From positions 48,360,001 through 48,424,000 of the forward strand of contig OX597835.1 of assembly GCA_951406725.2 (NCBI GenBank): DNA of 64,000 nt, in the 5' to 3' direction. The stretch comes from Octopus vulgaris. Taxonomy: Eukaryota. Below are positions 1 to 16,036 of this stretch, piece after piece. Position numbers and translations under genes: made by a program. Within the stretch, counting starts at the first letter, position 1. Every line of letters starts with the position of its first letter. The notes under the pieces are model-generated. The model did not search any database. It was not told where the DNA came from and was given only the letters and a program-made list of their open reading frames with translations.

Positions 1-23
1 TATGTATATATGTATGATGTATG

Positions 24-410
24 GTGGAAGCACTCCGTCGTTTACGACGACGAGGGTTCCGGTTGATCCGAATCAACGGAACAGCCTGCTCGTGAAATTA
101 ACGTGTAAGTGGCTGAGCACTCCACAGACACGTGCACCCTTAACGTAGTTCTCGGGGATATTCAGCGTGATACAGAGAGTGACAAGGCCGGCCCTTTGAA
201 ATACAGGTACAACAGAAACAGGAAGTAAGAGTGAGAGAAAGTTGTGCTGAAAGAGTACAGCAGGGATCACCACCATCCCTTGCCGGAGCCTCGTGGAGCT
301 TTAGGTGTTTTCGCTCAATAAACACTCACAACGCCCGGTCTGGGAATCGAAACCGCGATCCTATGACCGCGAGTCCACTGCCCTAACCACTGGGCCATTG
401 CGCCTCCACA
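24..410 (-). mobile_element. tRNA-derived SINE, full length (family A)
   Basis: Minus strand starts TGTGGAGGCGCAATGGCCCAGTGGTTAGGGCA (Pol III A-box), then GGTTTCGATTCCC (B-box). Its 3' ~190 nt recur at 58035-58210. Confidence 0.85.
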
Positions 411-413
411 TAT

Positions 414-908
414 ATAGAGTGAGGTTTATATATTGTCATCTAAATTAGGCATAAATGAAAATAACACTGACATCTCATTTTTATCAAAACCATATAAAAA
501 TATCTGGAAATACTGAAGAGTAAATTTATGCAATAAAATCGCCATTGGTTTCAACCAATGGCTTAGAGACGGCTTCGGAATCTTATTCAACTCTTCTGAA
601 CGGTCACCTTCTTTAAGTTGGTGAATTATGCCATAATCCTTGCCTTCAGTTCATATTTGTTTTTATAAGGAGTTTTGTTGATCTCTTGCTTAAATGCGCC
701 CCACACAAAATAATCAACGGAGTTGCAGTCTGGGGAGATATTATATGCAGGTGGCCAGATATTAGGGGTGATGTGATCGCAGGAATTGTCTGAGAGCCAT
801 GAATGGGTTCTCTTGTTCGTGTGGCATGGTGCAGAGTCTTGTTGCCAGACATAGGGTCTTCCCACAGCCACCCTCTTGACCCAGGGCAGCGCTACCTCTT
901 CCTCCAGT
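414..908 (-). mobile_element. Tc1/mariner (DD37D/maT-like) transposase C-terminal fragment, decayed
   Basis: ORF 626-871 has YVWQQDSAPCH...WPP(AYNI)SPDCNSVDYFVWG, and a degenerate FRSRLxAxVETNGDF C-terminus follows. D-to-D spacing is 40, or 37 without a 3-codon insertion. Confidence 0.8.
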
Positions 909-914
909 CTTCAT

Positions 915-1071
915 GTGTTTACGTCCCCGTTCGCCAAAAGAGATCGATAGAATAAGTACAGGGCTTAAAAAATTAAAAAAACATGGGGTCGATTTGTTCG
1001 ACGAAAACCCTTCAAGGCGGTGCTCCAGTGTGTCCGCAGTCAAATGACTGAAACGAGTAAAAGATAAAAGA
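915..1071 (+). mobile_element. 3' half of CORE-like octopus SINE (family C)
   Basis: TTCAAGGCGGTGCTCCAG..CCGCAGTCAAATGACTGAAACGAGTAAAAGATAAAAGA tail, shared with copies at 9408, 12368, 26695, 56960 and 62505. Confidence 0.8.
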
Positions 1072-1095
1072 TATATATATATACACACATGCAAA

Positions 1096-1187
<92 letters not shown>

Positions 1188-1245
1188 ATCTCTCTCTCTC
1201 TAACTATCTATCTATATCTCTCTATATCTATATATCTTATATATA

Positions 1246-1324
<79 letters not shown>

Positions 1325-1380
1325 ACACACACAGACACAGACACTCAGATATACACACTCACCGACACAAACATATACAC
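1070..1380. repeat. compound (TA)n/(TATC)n/(TG)n microsatellite
   Basis: Directly visible. Confidence 0.95.
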
Positions 1381-1474
1381 ACATAATCATCAAGGTAGTG
1401 TTTTTTTGTTTGTTTTATTTTTTAATTAGCTTGTCTTCTGTGTGGGTGGCAAACCATTTTTTATTTCTCTAACA

Positions 1475-1751
<277 letters not shown>

Positions 1752-2099
1752 GTTATTTTGTTATTTGTTGTTTATTTCAAGTTTCACCACATCTATTGCT
1801 AACAGGAAACCTTTTTGAAGACATTCTCATTATAAGGTCATAGCGTGCAAATAGTTGTATAATACCGGCGGATAATGGCGGTATACGCCATCGGAAGCAA
1901 GGAAATCATTTAAAAGTATTTAGGAAATAGAACCAATACATAGGAACCAATCTTGGCACGGTGATATTATTAGAAAGAAATTTTTCTTTGATGCCAGTCG
2001 TCTTACTTCAATTAAGTGGCGAGAATTTTTAAGCGCCATATTTGCGTTTAATATAAAATGTTGTTACGCCAACGGTTTATAACTTTACGGGCATCCGTA

Positions 2100-2250
<151 letters not shown>

Positions 2251-4003
2251 ATGGTGGTATGGAGAAGGAGGGGGATGTTGTTTTCGCCTCGAAGCGAGGT
2301 CCAAATACTGGAGACATTGACGGCCCACGAGGAAACCAGATTGGTTCTTCCAATAAGTTACGTTCTCGTTCAATTACTCCAAGATTAACTTATCCCAATT
2401 TTCCATTGTTTTTTTTTTTTCCATTTTCGTTGGTGATCTTTGTATTGTTATTCTTGCTGGTGGTCGTTTTTTTTTGTTGCTGTCGTTCATGTTGTTGTTG
2501 TCGTTCTTGTTATTGTTGTTGTTGGAGGTAGTGGTGGTGTTTCTTATTTACTGTTGTTCATGATGATGATGATGATAGTGGTTGAGATTTTCTTGTGTTG
2601 GTATTTGTTGTTGTGATTGCGATATTTATTTTTTATTGTTGTGCCGATGGTTGTGCCAGTGATCACTTTGTTGTGGTGGTATTTGTTGTTGTTTGTCGTG
2701 GTGGCGCTGATGGTGATAGTGGTATGTTTTGCTGCTGTGGCTGTTGCTGTTGTTGTTACTGGTGTAGTCACTATAAGGCCTTCACAATCATTGCTTTCGT
2801 ATTGGTGCTATTTTATGTAACTGTTGTTGTTGTTGTTGCTGGTTGTGGTGGTGGAGATCGTAGTGGTGGTGGTGGTTGTGGTGTGGAGGGGGGTGCAAGT
2901 CGCGACTGTGGTGGCTTCTTCACTACTGACAATTCTGCTGTTGCGTTGTCCTTGCTTAGATCCAGCTCAGTTATGAGCTAAACGAGCAATGGAATATGAT
3001 CATAGGCATTCCATCCATGCCCATCCCGTATAATTAAGGGACACTGAGGAGTACATAGTCCAATGTGTGCTTCTCTTACTTGGAAATGCAAAGTTTCATT
3101 CGACCGAGATTTCTTTGCTGCTTCTAATTGTTCAAGGGATCTCATAGGGATCTTTCCATAAGGTTTCATATCATTGAACCCTATTATCCTCACTGTGCCT
3201 CCCCGCCTTACACCAACACCATCAAAACATAATCAAGGACCTAACTACGAACTCAACTTCTACATTGTTTATCTACGGGTTAACTGGACCTTCTGGATAT
3301 AGCAATTAGACCTCTCTTAAATCACGGCCCTTGTTACTTCAATACGGAAGGAAGCTTGAGATAGAAGATCCTCGTAAAAAGATAATGGATGGCATGATCA
3401 TCGCTGGAGCGCATTTGAGTAATTTGTCTGCCAAAGAAATCCTTTCTCACATCAACAGAAATCTTATCAAATGCTGCTCTATATAACGTTGTTGCTGCTG
3501 GTTGTTTAACTTCAGATCAGCTTCGCTCAAGCAGCAAACTTGGAATCAAAGACATTCCAACCGTAACCACCTTAGATGGTTTTTTTTTATTTATCACATA
3601 TAGCGAATGTAGGCTACATTATTCTATGTGTCCTTCCGATATATTTTAGACGATAAGGCGTGACTGAGGGGAAATCTTCAGGATATTAACACCACTCTCC
3701 GATTTTCCGTGCGATGAAGATAAAAAGGGGGAAGTCGAGAAATGGATACAATCTCATCAATATTTTTCGCTCCACTCTGGTAATTTATAAATCCTTATTA
3801 TCTTTGATATCAGATCTATCACTAATTACTCGGCCTTCGTATCCACTTCTGATACATGGCTTGAGGCATGAATGTTGAAGCTCATAATACGAGATTTTTT
3901 TAAATACGTCTCTTTTCATCTATATATGGATCAAATAGTCGTTTTAACTATCTATTTAATTGCCTCACAATTTAGCTAATTATGTATCAGGTTATATATC
4001 CAT

Positions 4004-4345
4004 GTGAAGGCGCATGGCTTAGTGGTTAGAGCGTCGAGCTTACGATCGTGAGGTTGTGAGCTCGAATCCCGGACCGGGCTGCGTGTTGTGTTCTTGAGCA
4101 AGGCACTTTATTTCACGTTGCTCCAGTTCACTCAGCTCTAGAAATGAGTTGCGACGTCGCTGGTGCCAAGCTGTATCGGCCTTTGTCTTTCCCTTGGATA
4201 ACACTGGTGGCGTGGATAGGGGAGGCCGGTATGCATTGGCGACTGCTGGTCTTCCATTAACAACCTTGCCCGGACTTGTGTCTAGGAGGGTAACTTTCTA
4301 GGTGCAATCCCATGGTCATTCATGACCGAAGGGGGTCTTTACCCT
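4004..4345 (+). mobile_element. tRNA-derived SINE with CORE-like central domain, full length, 12-bp TSD
   Basis: A-box TGGCTTAGTGG and B-box GAGCTCGAATCC. TTCTTGAGCAAGGCACTT resembles the MIR/CORE CCTTGGGCAAGTTACTT. Flanked by direct repeat TTATATATCCAT at 3992-4003 and 4346-4357. Confidence 0.9.
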
Positions 4346-4379
4346 TTATATATCCATCCATCAATCTATATACATATTT

Positions 4380-4440
<61 letters not shown>

Positions 4441-5775
4441 GTGTAAATCGATTTTGAGCAAGCCATCGCTTGATTGTTCTCTTATATGTAAGTAGCATGG
4501 ATATGTATTTTCAGTCTTGCTAAGGGACTCCATTCTTGTGCATAGATGTGGCAAGTTGGACGCCTCTTACAGCAGGTGTTCAGAGAGCTTATTGCCGACA
4601 TTGGTGAATGCCTTCATTCGAATATGATATGTTTCTTTGCTTGGTTTGCTTTTTCTAGATTTGGCCAATCATAATCTACAACACATACAAGATGTACAGT
4701 GAATGTACATCTTGTGTTCTATGCATCCTTCCGATAATAGTGAAGTTAAAATATCAATCGATACCTGAGCTTGTAATTTCTTAATGTGATGAAAGACTTT
4801 CCATTGGACCAATCTCATTCCCTGAAAAACATAGATTTCTTCAAAACGAAAAACTATTTAAAAACACTAAAATTTGAACAATAAACAAGTCCACAAACTG
4901 CGCAAACTACACGTGTACAATATTATATGGACAGACTTATGTGCAGCGTCTGCGAAAACTATCACCAATGTGAACTTCCACCATATTCTACCGGAGCGGT
5001 TCTTCCTCTGTAGTAAAATGGTTATATTGGACGAAAGTAATACGGCGAGTTGTTATTGACCAATTACGGGTAGTAAGCTATGAAATCCTTACAGTCTCTC
5101 GATTTCCTGTAATACAGACCATCTCATGGTCCCATGGAACAAAATGAAAAAGGTGTTGCCTCGGAGATAGGCAAGAAAGAACCGCTGAAACACTCACTTT
5201 GACTTACGGGGCTCGCATTTGCGAACATTCATCTCCGCCCCGATAGCGGTGAGCAGGATTATAGTACGGGAGCTGAGAACGCTGAAGATCTCCAACGGTC
5301 ATAGACTCGACCAAAAATATACCATACTTTTGGCAGTTTGCTTTTCTCAGCCTGGGAAGCAATAGGTCCTGGGCTCTCCAAAAAATGGTGGCAAGTATTA
5401 TATCGGACATTTCCTTCAACAAGACAAAGATTTAACCAAGTTCACTCGCAGATATGGGATAGCCGTTGATTCTATTGCGTTTACTCGTCCGGCAGTGTGT
5501 TCAACGAAAACCACCCGTTTAACCTAGCAAACCTACCGGGACAGGTTATTGTTTCGCATTTTACAAGTAACCAAGTAGCACTGAGTGATCACATCCCCCG
5601 CCACACACATACCCATACTTCCGTTGTTCTTTATGCGTTTATCTCTTTCCTTTCTGCGAACCTACTTTCCCAACTATATATTCATCTATGCCTGTGTAAG
5701 TATCTCTGTCTGTATATGTTTGTGTACGTATATATGCGAGCATAAATACATGTGTGTGTGAGTGTGAATGTAAAA

Positions 5776-5816
<41 letters not shown>

Positions 5817-6267
5817 ATATATATATATATAGATAGATAGATAGATACATACATACATGCATACATACATACATACATATATACATACATACATACATAC
5901 ATACATACATACATAGGTGGATGGATAGATAGATAGCTAGATAGATAGATTCATAGATCGATAGATATACTAACACACATATATACATGCATATATACAT
6001 ATATATGTACATATCGGTATATGTGTGGGAGAGTTTCTTTACGCATGCGTGTGTCTCTATGTCTGTGTTACGACTACATGCATTGAAGATTGAACGGCAC
6101 CCATTAATATTTATATAATTTCATTAAACCATTCGCTATTTAGTTATATGCGGCGTGTATCGAGAAGCACAATTGTTGAGTGCTTATATGAGAGCACTTA
6201 GAAAAAAGAGGCGAAATTATACACAGTCAAATATATATGTATGCATCTACGTGTATGTGTGTGTTCT

Positions 6268-6328
<61 letters not shown>

Positions 6329-6781
6329 CATCATTTCGCAGTTAAAGAATGGCAGGACTGAGATTTCATAACAGTTTTTCTCTACAAAATTTCTAATCTG
6401 AAAAATCATATTCAATTTGCAATAAATATTTCCAAATGAAACACACACACACATACACATAGACACACACATGCACGTACTCATACACACACACAGTCAC
6501 AAAATATACATGAAACGTATACATTTTTGTAGTTTTAGCATACATTTTAATATACGTCTTTATGTCAACGTATGTCTTCCAGAGAGCAATATTAGATGAA
6601 GGAAAGCAAATGCGATCGGATAGCCCATGGACACTGAAAAAAAATAATAATAATATGGAGAATGTATGAACGGGGTCGGGGTGGAATTTATAAAATTATA
6701 TGAAAAATGTGAATGCGTGGCATCTTGCATGTATGAATTTATGCGTGTGTGTGTATGTGTGAGTGTGTTCATATGTGTGTT

Positions 6782-6850
<69 letters not shown>

Positions 6851-7303
6851 ATGCGCGTGTGTGTGCTTGGGATTGTGTATGGGTCTGCGTGCGAGTGGAG
6901 CGGGTCAGGGAGAGGGGTTTGTTTCTTGTCTGAGATATTATACTCAATCTTTAAGATCAGATATTTATACACATATTTATATATGTATACATTTTTTATG
7001 TATATAAATTGATATAGACACCTATATCACTTTCTAAGTATTTTATTTTTCTATGTATATGCGTGCAAGAATATATAATTATATACAAATTTCAAGAAAC
7101 AAGTCTCTCTCTCTTTCTATATATATGTGTATGTCTGTGTGTGTATGTGCACGCAAAAATAAATATATATTCACACGAATATACACACGGACACACACAC
7201 ACTCACCCCCCACCCCCCACACACACACTTGTATATACAAATATATAAACTTATATGCACACATATATATATATATATATATACTTCCATATCCCTATAT
7301 ATA

Positions 7304-7341
<38 letters not shown>

Positions 7342-8024
7342 AATACATACACACACACACACGTGCGCGCGCATATATATTTTGTATATATACACACACA
7401 TAATTTTCTATAAATTGATTAATAGAAAATTTTATAGATGGTTACCCAGGAACATGTTGACATAACGAGTAATTTTTACTCAGAAACAGCAGCATAAATA
7501 AGGAAATTATACACACGCACACATGTGTATAGAGACGTATATGAAAGTATATAGACAACGAGTGTAGACGCCAGAAGGCATGAGATGGTTTCGTTTAAAT
7601 ATACTTGTGTTAATCTCAGCAAATCTTTGATAGCAAAAAAGAGGAAAAAAATGTCTACAGATTAGTTTTAATGTTTCAAATCGTTTATATAAAACCCGAA
7701 AACATGAATCACCCACAGACATGTTAATATTTTCTCTGTTACTTAATATTGCTTCGCAATTATTCTACAGAAGGAATCGTATAATATGCGTATGTATGTA
7801 TGTATGTATGTACGTACGTATATATGTATGTATGTGTGTATGTATATGTGTGTGTAAGTATGCACACACACTCACACACATATTTAAGTGTATGTGCATG
7901 TTTGTTCCATATGTATATATGTATATATCTATGCATATACAACCTCCCTGAACAAAAATCATTAGACTGCTCAATATGTATTAAAGCTTAAAATATATTT
8001 TATGTATCTTAAATATCTGCAAAG

Positions 8025-8091
<67 letters not shown>

Positions 8092-9189
8092 ACAGAGTCA
8101 CAAAGAGATGTGTCATGTCACTGAAATGCTTCTGTGTAGGAAAACAAAACGTCACATCCTATTTCTTGATAATATCAACGAGTGTCCATATAATCGTCAT
8201 TTTTTCGGGTTTTTTCGTTTTTTCTTTTTGTTTTTCAAAATCATTTTCATAATAAAGTCTAAATAAACATTTGTTTTAGGCATGGGTTTAAATAGATGCA
8301 AGAGACACTGCTCCAGATATGCATATACACATTGCTTATACACATACAGTTATATACATACATAAACGTGCATATGTTATACATATACATGTATGTTTAT
8401 TTTGCAGAGTCTTTGTTTCAGGTGCTTTTCCCTCTTCGCATGCATCTATGTATATATTAATGTATCTATAAATTAATATGTATTGTATGTATGATACATT
8501 TGTGTAGGTATGTGTATATTAATACGTAGATCATTTTTGAAAGCACTCGCCGCATGTATACACATGGTTGTGTGTTTTTATACACGTATGTGTGTGTGTG
8601 TGTGTGTGTGTATACTTATAGCTATGCATGATCATATACACACACGTCTGTGTATATGTGCTACTATGCATGTGACAGTGTGTATTGATGTGCATGTGTC
8701 AGCGAAAATTTGTTTGACAGTTTAACGTGAATTTATATATTTAAAAATTTATTCCTATGTATACTGTTGTATATTTTCTACAAAATTTCTCGCGATTTTA
8801 ATAGACACACGTTTATAAATACATGCATAATACGCATTTTGACTACATACGTTGATGGTTATACACGTGTATACACACTTATAAGGGATGTATACACATA
8901 TACATCCATCATTAATAGACAACCTATTAACCCATGAACTAGATTTATAGAAAAGCAGCAAATCTAAAATGTAAAATGCGAAATTAGATGGAATCATAGG
9001 AACTCTCAATTATCCTATAACAGTTGTTGAATGTGAAAAATAGCTTTTATTACGGGACTCGATTTTGGAGATGAACAACAGAAAAATGAAATATAACTAC
9101 GAAAATAACAGCAAGGAAAAATTTATTTGAATCTCCGCCAAAGTAATTCAGCGGAGAAGAATACACGCTATCAAGGCAGTATTTAAGTT

Positions 9190-9338
9190 AAATACCTACC
9201 AATGTATCGAGCTTCACTCACAAGGCTTTGGTTGGTTCGAAGGTATAGTAGAAAACACTTGCCTAAGGTCTCACGTAGCGGGGCTGAGGTGAGAACCATA
9301 CGGTTGAGAAGCAAACTACTTACCACAAAGCTACACCT
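9190..9338 (-). mobile_element. 5' part of SINE family C, decayed
   Basis: Minus strand TGTGGTAAGTAGTTTGCTTCTCAACC...CCTTAGGCAAGTGTTTTCTACTATA...CCAAAGCCTTGTGAGTG, homologous to 12620-12768 and 45323-45490. Confidence 0.75.
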
Positions 9339-9357
9339 ATGCTTTATATAACAATAT

Positions 9358-9410
<53 letters not shown>

Positions 9411-10094
9411 TGATGCTCTAGCATGGCCACAGTCAAAAGACTGAAACAAAGTAAAGAGTAAAAGAATATATATATGTGTGTATGTATGTATGTCAGCCCT
9501 CAGCCAATTTCCCTCACTGAGTTCTGCTGTCGGTTTGCCAAGACTCTCCGGTCCACTCCCAGTTGTACTCCATGCATATACTTAACCAGGTTTTTATTTT
9601 CCCGTCCATTCTTTGACGTCATAAGTCCACTAATGCGTTTGATGACCTCTTGGTCCCTTAACGTCAACATTACTTGTCAGGGTGGCCGTGTGCTGTTACT
9701 CGTGGCCTCTTCTATTGCCAAAATACGATAGCTTTGTGCACTTGATCTTAAGCAGTACTACTGGTTCTGCAGCATTTTACAGTTTATCCTATCGAACCTT
9801 CGAAAGAACCACATTTCAAATGCTTCTACATTCTCTCCAAAGCACCGTACATTTTCCAAGTTTCTACAACGAAGAGAACAATGGATAAAACAAAACAGTT
9901 TACGAGTCTTCAGTTTTGATGCAGTATTATGTCGTTTAAATTTATATATATATATAAAGCACCTCTCTTTCACGGATCGAAGTGACTTTGTTATTGGTGT
10001 GAAATCCTTAAAATATACCACGACGTCTATACATTTTTAACCTTGAACTTTCAACCTTGAACTTGTTCGTATAAACTGTCCCGTTCGGCATTTT

Positions 10095-10270
10095 TTTTCT
10101 CTCCTTGTTTCTCTCTGTGTTTCTTTTCTGTGTATCTTTCTGTTGAAGAGCGTAGGCTCGAAACGTAAAAGACTTGTTTTAATTCCATTCCTGGGCGCCA
10201 TATAATACAATTGTTTGTTTGTACTCCCCCTGCCTTCGTCTTTTGTTTATTTTCGTAAAGCTTCCTGTTA
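10095..10270 (+). mobile_element. ~175-bp non-autonomous repeat carrying a minimal hammerhead-like motif (second copy 58405-58575)
   Basis: Aligns by eye with 58405-58575; both end in (TA)n. Confidence 0.75.
10135..10172 (+). ncRNA. minimal type-I hammerhead-like motif with variant core (CUGUUGA)
   Basis: UCUUU-CUGUUGA-A-GAGC(GUAG)GCUC-GAAA-CG-UA-AAAGA: 5-bp stem I, 4-bp stem II, palindromic ACGU stem III, GUA cleavage triplet. Confidence 0.6.
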
Positions 10271-10340
10271 TATATATATATGTATGTATGTACAGGTGAG
10301 AGAGTTTGTATGTGAACACACGAGGTTGGATTTATAAAAG

Positions 10341-10560
10341 ACAAAACAGTGTGAAAAAACTACAGAATACTTGTGTTATACGGTTAAAGAATATATTTAA
10401 ATAGTTATGTTAGGAAAATGTTATAAAATTTTGTGATTTTGGAAAAAATACGAAACTGTTACTTTACATAAAATGTTATAACATTTTCCTAACATAACGA
10501 TTTAAATATATTCTTTAAACATACACCACAAGTCTTCTGTAGTTTTTCACTCTATTTTGT
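10341..10560. repeat. long inverted repeat (~95-bp arms, ~30-bp spacer)
   Basis: GTGAAAAAACTACAGAATACTTGTG...TTAGGAAAATGTTATAA (10341-10436) is the imperfect reverse complement of 10468-10560. Confidence 0.9.
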
Positions 10561-10617
10561 GTCTGTGTTTCTCTGTGTGTGTGTGTGTGTAAGAGTGTGT
10601 GTGTTTGTGTGTCTGTG

Positions 10618-10730
<113 letters not shown>

Positions 10731-11025
10731 TTGTGTAGCTTTGCAATGGTTATATTCACAGTCGAACAATATACTTAAGGAATGTCGTTGCGAACTTGAC
10801 ACAACACGAAAACCATTGCAGTTTGCTCATTGAACATAGCACTCGGCACCACCGTTGCATTCACCGTTGCTCCACCCGCTGTCTCCTCCTGCCACCTCCA
10901 GAATCAAGGACAACAATTAATAATTTCTGAAACAATCCGAACAAAGATAACTTTATTTGAATTTATTGTTTCTTTACACAAGTCAGAAACGGCTCCATAG
11001 ACTCTCAGCATCGGTGGATAGTAGC

Positions 11026-11138
<113 letters not shown>

Positions 11139-12367
11139 ATAAGTTTAATAAAATTCCCACTGAACTGTGAGCTTGGGATCACCTGTACCTTTGACTGTTG
11201 TTAATATCATGGATATAACTAGATGTATGTACATAAATCTACAGGTGAGTGAGGATGGGAATGCGTGTGTGCATTTATGTGTTTGCACCCGCGTATGTGT
11301 GTGTGAATATGTGTCTGTATATGTTTGTGTTTATGTGAGCGTGTTTATATATGTGTTTATGTGTACGCATGTATGTAAAAATATTCGAGTATAAGTATGC
11401 GTTTGTGTGTATGTGTGTGCTTATGTACGTTCGGTTGTTATGTATATATGTATGTATATATGTATGTATGCATGTATGTATAAAATCAGCGTTTAACGTC
11501 ATATATTCACACGCATGCAAGTATTCGACACAAATAATCTCTAGACCCACAAGCGTCTATATATATTAATTTATCATTCTATGCATGTGCGTATAAATAT
11601 AGAAAGGTATACATACATATATCTTTAAGTATACATATATATATGCACGTGTGTGTGCGCCCGTGTGTGTGTACAGACAGGTAGACAGTTCATTTATACT
11701 TAAATGTCACAATTAATTACAAAGTGAATGTCACGTCTCTGGAAACCAGTATATCGAACTTCTGACTCGAGGACCTTAAGTTTACTGCAGACGTAGTTTT
11801 AGTACGGCATGTAATTCCCTCGTTTCCGCTGATGAGTTCTCTGACTGTCAGTTGTTAAAGACGTTTGACTCCACCTCATTAGTGTCTGCAGGAGACTATA
11901 GGAACGGAATGCTGGAAACAACATGAAAGACAAAAAGAAAAGGTAAGGTATTGTCAATATTATAGGAGATAATTAAATGGCGGATATTGGTTTGATATAA
12001 GAAAATAATGTGATAGTAGGAGGGGCAAGAGAGGGATGGAGAGAGTAAGTGTATAAGTGAATGAACGAGTGAGTGAGTGAGTGAGTGAATGAGTGGGTGA
12101 GTGAGTGAGTGAGAGGAGACGAGCCTCACAATCCTGTGGTAAGGAGCAGGAAAGGCTGAGAGATGGTGGTGAAACGAATGAGAACTTAGAACGACACATG
12201 CATACGTATGTATATATATATACGTAATGTATAAGGGTGCATATATTCGTGTGTAAACATATATATATATGTATATATGCACGTTTTTGTATATACATAT
12301 AAATAAATATAACTGTATGCATATATATATGTATGTAGATCTATATCTATATCTATCTATCTATACA

Positions 12368-12559
12368 TTTACTCTTTACTCTTTTACTTGTTTCAGTCAT
12401 TTGACTGCGGCCATGCTGGAGCACCGCCTTTAGTCGAACAAATCGACCCCGGGACTTATTCCTTTGCCGAACCGCTAAGTAACGGGGACGTACACACATC
12501 AGCATCGGTTGTCAAGCAATGCTAGGGGGACAAACACACACACACAAACACACACACAT

Positions 12560-12618
<59 letters not shown>

Positions 12619-12768
12619 CATATATACGACAGGCTTCTTTCAGTTTCCGTCTACCAAATCCACTCACAAGGCCCGGGGCTATAGCAGAAGACACTTGCCC
12701 AAGATGCCACTGAACCCAGAACCATGTGGTTGGTTAGCAAGCTACTTACCACACAGCCACTCCTGCGT
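12368..12768 (-). mobile_element. SINE family C (OR-like CORE SINE), near full length, with internal (TA)n/(TG)n
   Basis: Minus strand GCAGGAGTGGCTGTGTGGTAAG head, CTTGGGCAAGTGTCTTCT CORE-like box, internal microsatellite 12535-12626, tail ...GACTGAAACAAGTAAAAGAGTAAAGAGTAA. Confidence 0.88.
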
Positions 12769-12940
12769 CTATATATATATATTTATCTATCTATATATCT
12801 ATCTATCTATCTATCTATCTATATATATATATATATATATACTCAAAAATACGCAACAAGAATGACTCCGGTAATTTGGTACAATTGTTTCGCACTACAC
12901 CATTTTATTAAAAGTTGTAAGTATTACAGCAAATTTAAGA

Positions 12941-14700
<1,760 letters not shown>

Positions 14701-14898
14701 CCAAAACGATTCAAAATACAAATGAAATAGATAAACAATAAAATGTAACTTAGCTTGCCAAAGGAAAAATGTAACGGGCAAGGGCAACATATTTTGATTA
14801 TAATCACCCTGTTTTGAATTATATGGATAATACCATACCAAATTCTGGTGCCTTTAGCTTAAGTAACATATTCAACTGAATCTAAATTTTAATTTTTT

Positions 14899-15271
14899 TT
14901 CAGAATGAGATAAAAAACCAAATCTATGAAGATTTTAGAACATTTATAATTAGAAGGTCTTACAGCTGTTTCTTGTACCTATTTTAAATACTATTGGATT
15001 TTACTCACAAGGTATTGGAATCTTATATGTAAACCATTCAGCCTAAATAATGGATCTACAAATGCAATATCCCTGCATATCTCACATCTATTTTCATTCC
15101 TACACTACACTCTCTATTTCATATCTTCTCTAGAATAACTATTGCTTAACCATCCTCTCACACCGTCTCCGATGAAGGGATATAAAAAAATATGCTGGAA
15201 AAAGCTGTAAGATCTATTCATAAATGTTCTAAAATCTTCACAGCCTTGGATTTTTTTATCTCATTCTGAAT
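14899..15271. mobile_element. fold-back element: ~75-bp inverted repeats, right arm overlapping a hammerhead-like motif (15165-15213)
   Basis: 14899-14972 is the reverse complement of 15198-15271. GUCU-CCGAUGA-A-GGGAUAU..AUAUGCUG-GAAA-AAGCUG-UA-AGAU; the left arm preserves GAAACAGCUGUAAGAC. Confidence 0.7.
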
Positions 15272-15496
15272 TTATTTTTCATATATATACATGCTGATAT
15301 ATTACCTATACAAGAATGGATATTTGCATGACATAGATAATCACCGTACCTGGAGCATAACTATGGTCTCTCTATAGCATTTACTCAGCATTACCTGACA
15401 CCTTTGGGTGTTACTGACATCATTACTTTTCATAACCTCAATATATAAGATATATATATATATATATATATACAAGAATGGATATTTGCATGACAT

Positions 15497-15900
<404 letters not shown>

Positions 15901-16002
15901 AGACAGATAAATAGACAGACAGAAAGAGAGATACACAAACAGACTAACAGACAAAATAAAAAATATCACCTGATTTACAAAGCGCGCTGTCAAAAAAAGA
16001 CC

Positions 16003-16036
<34 letters not shown>

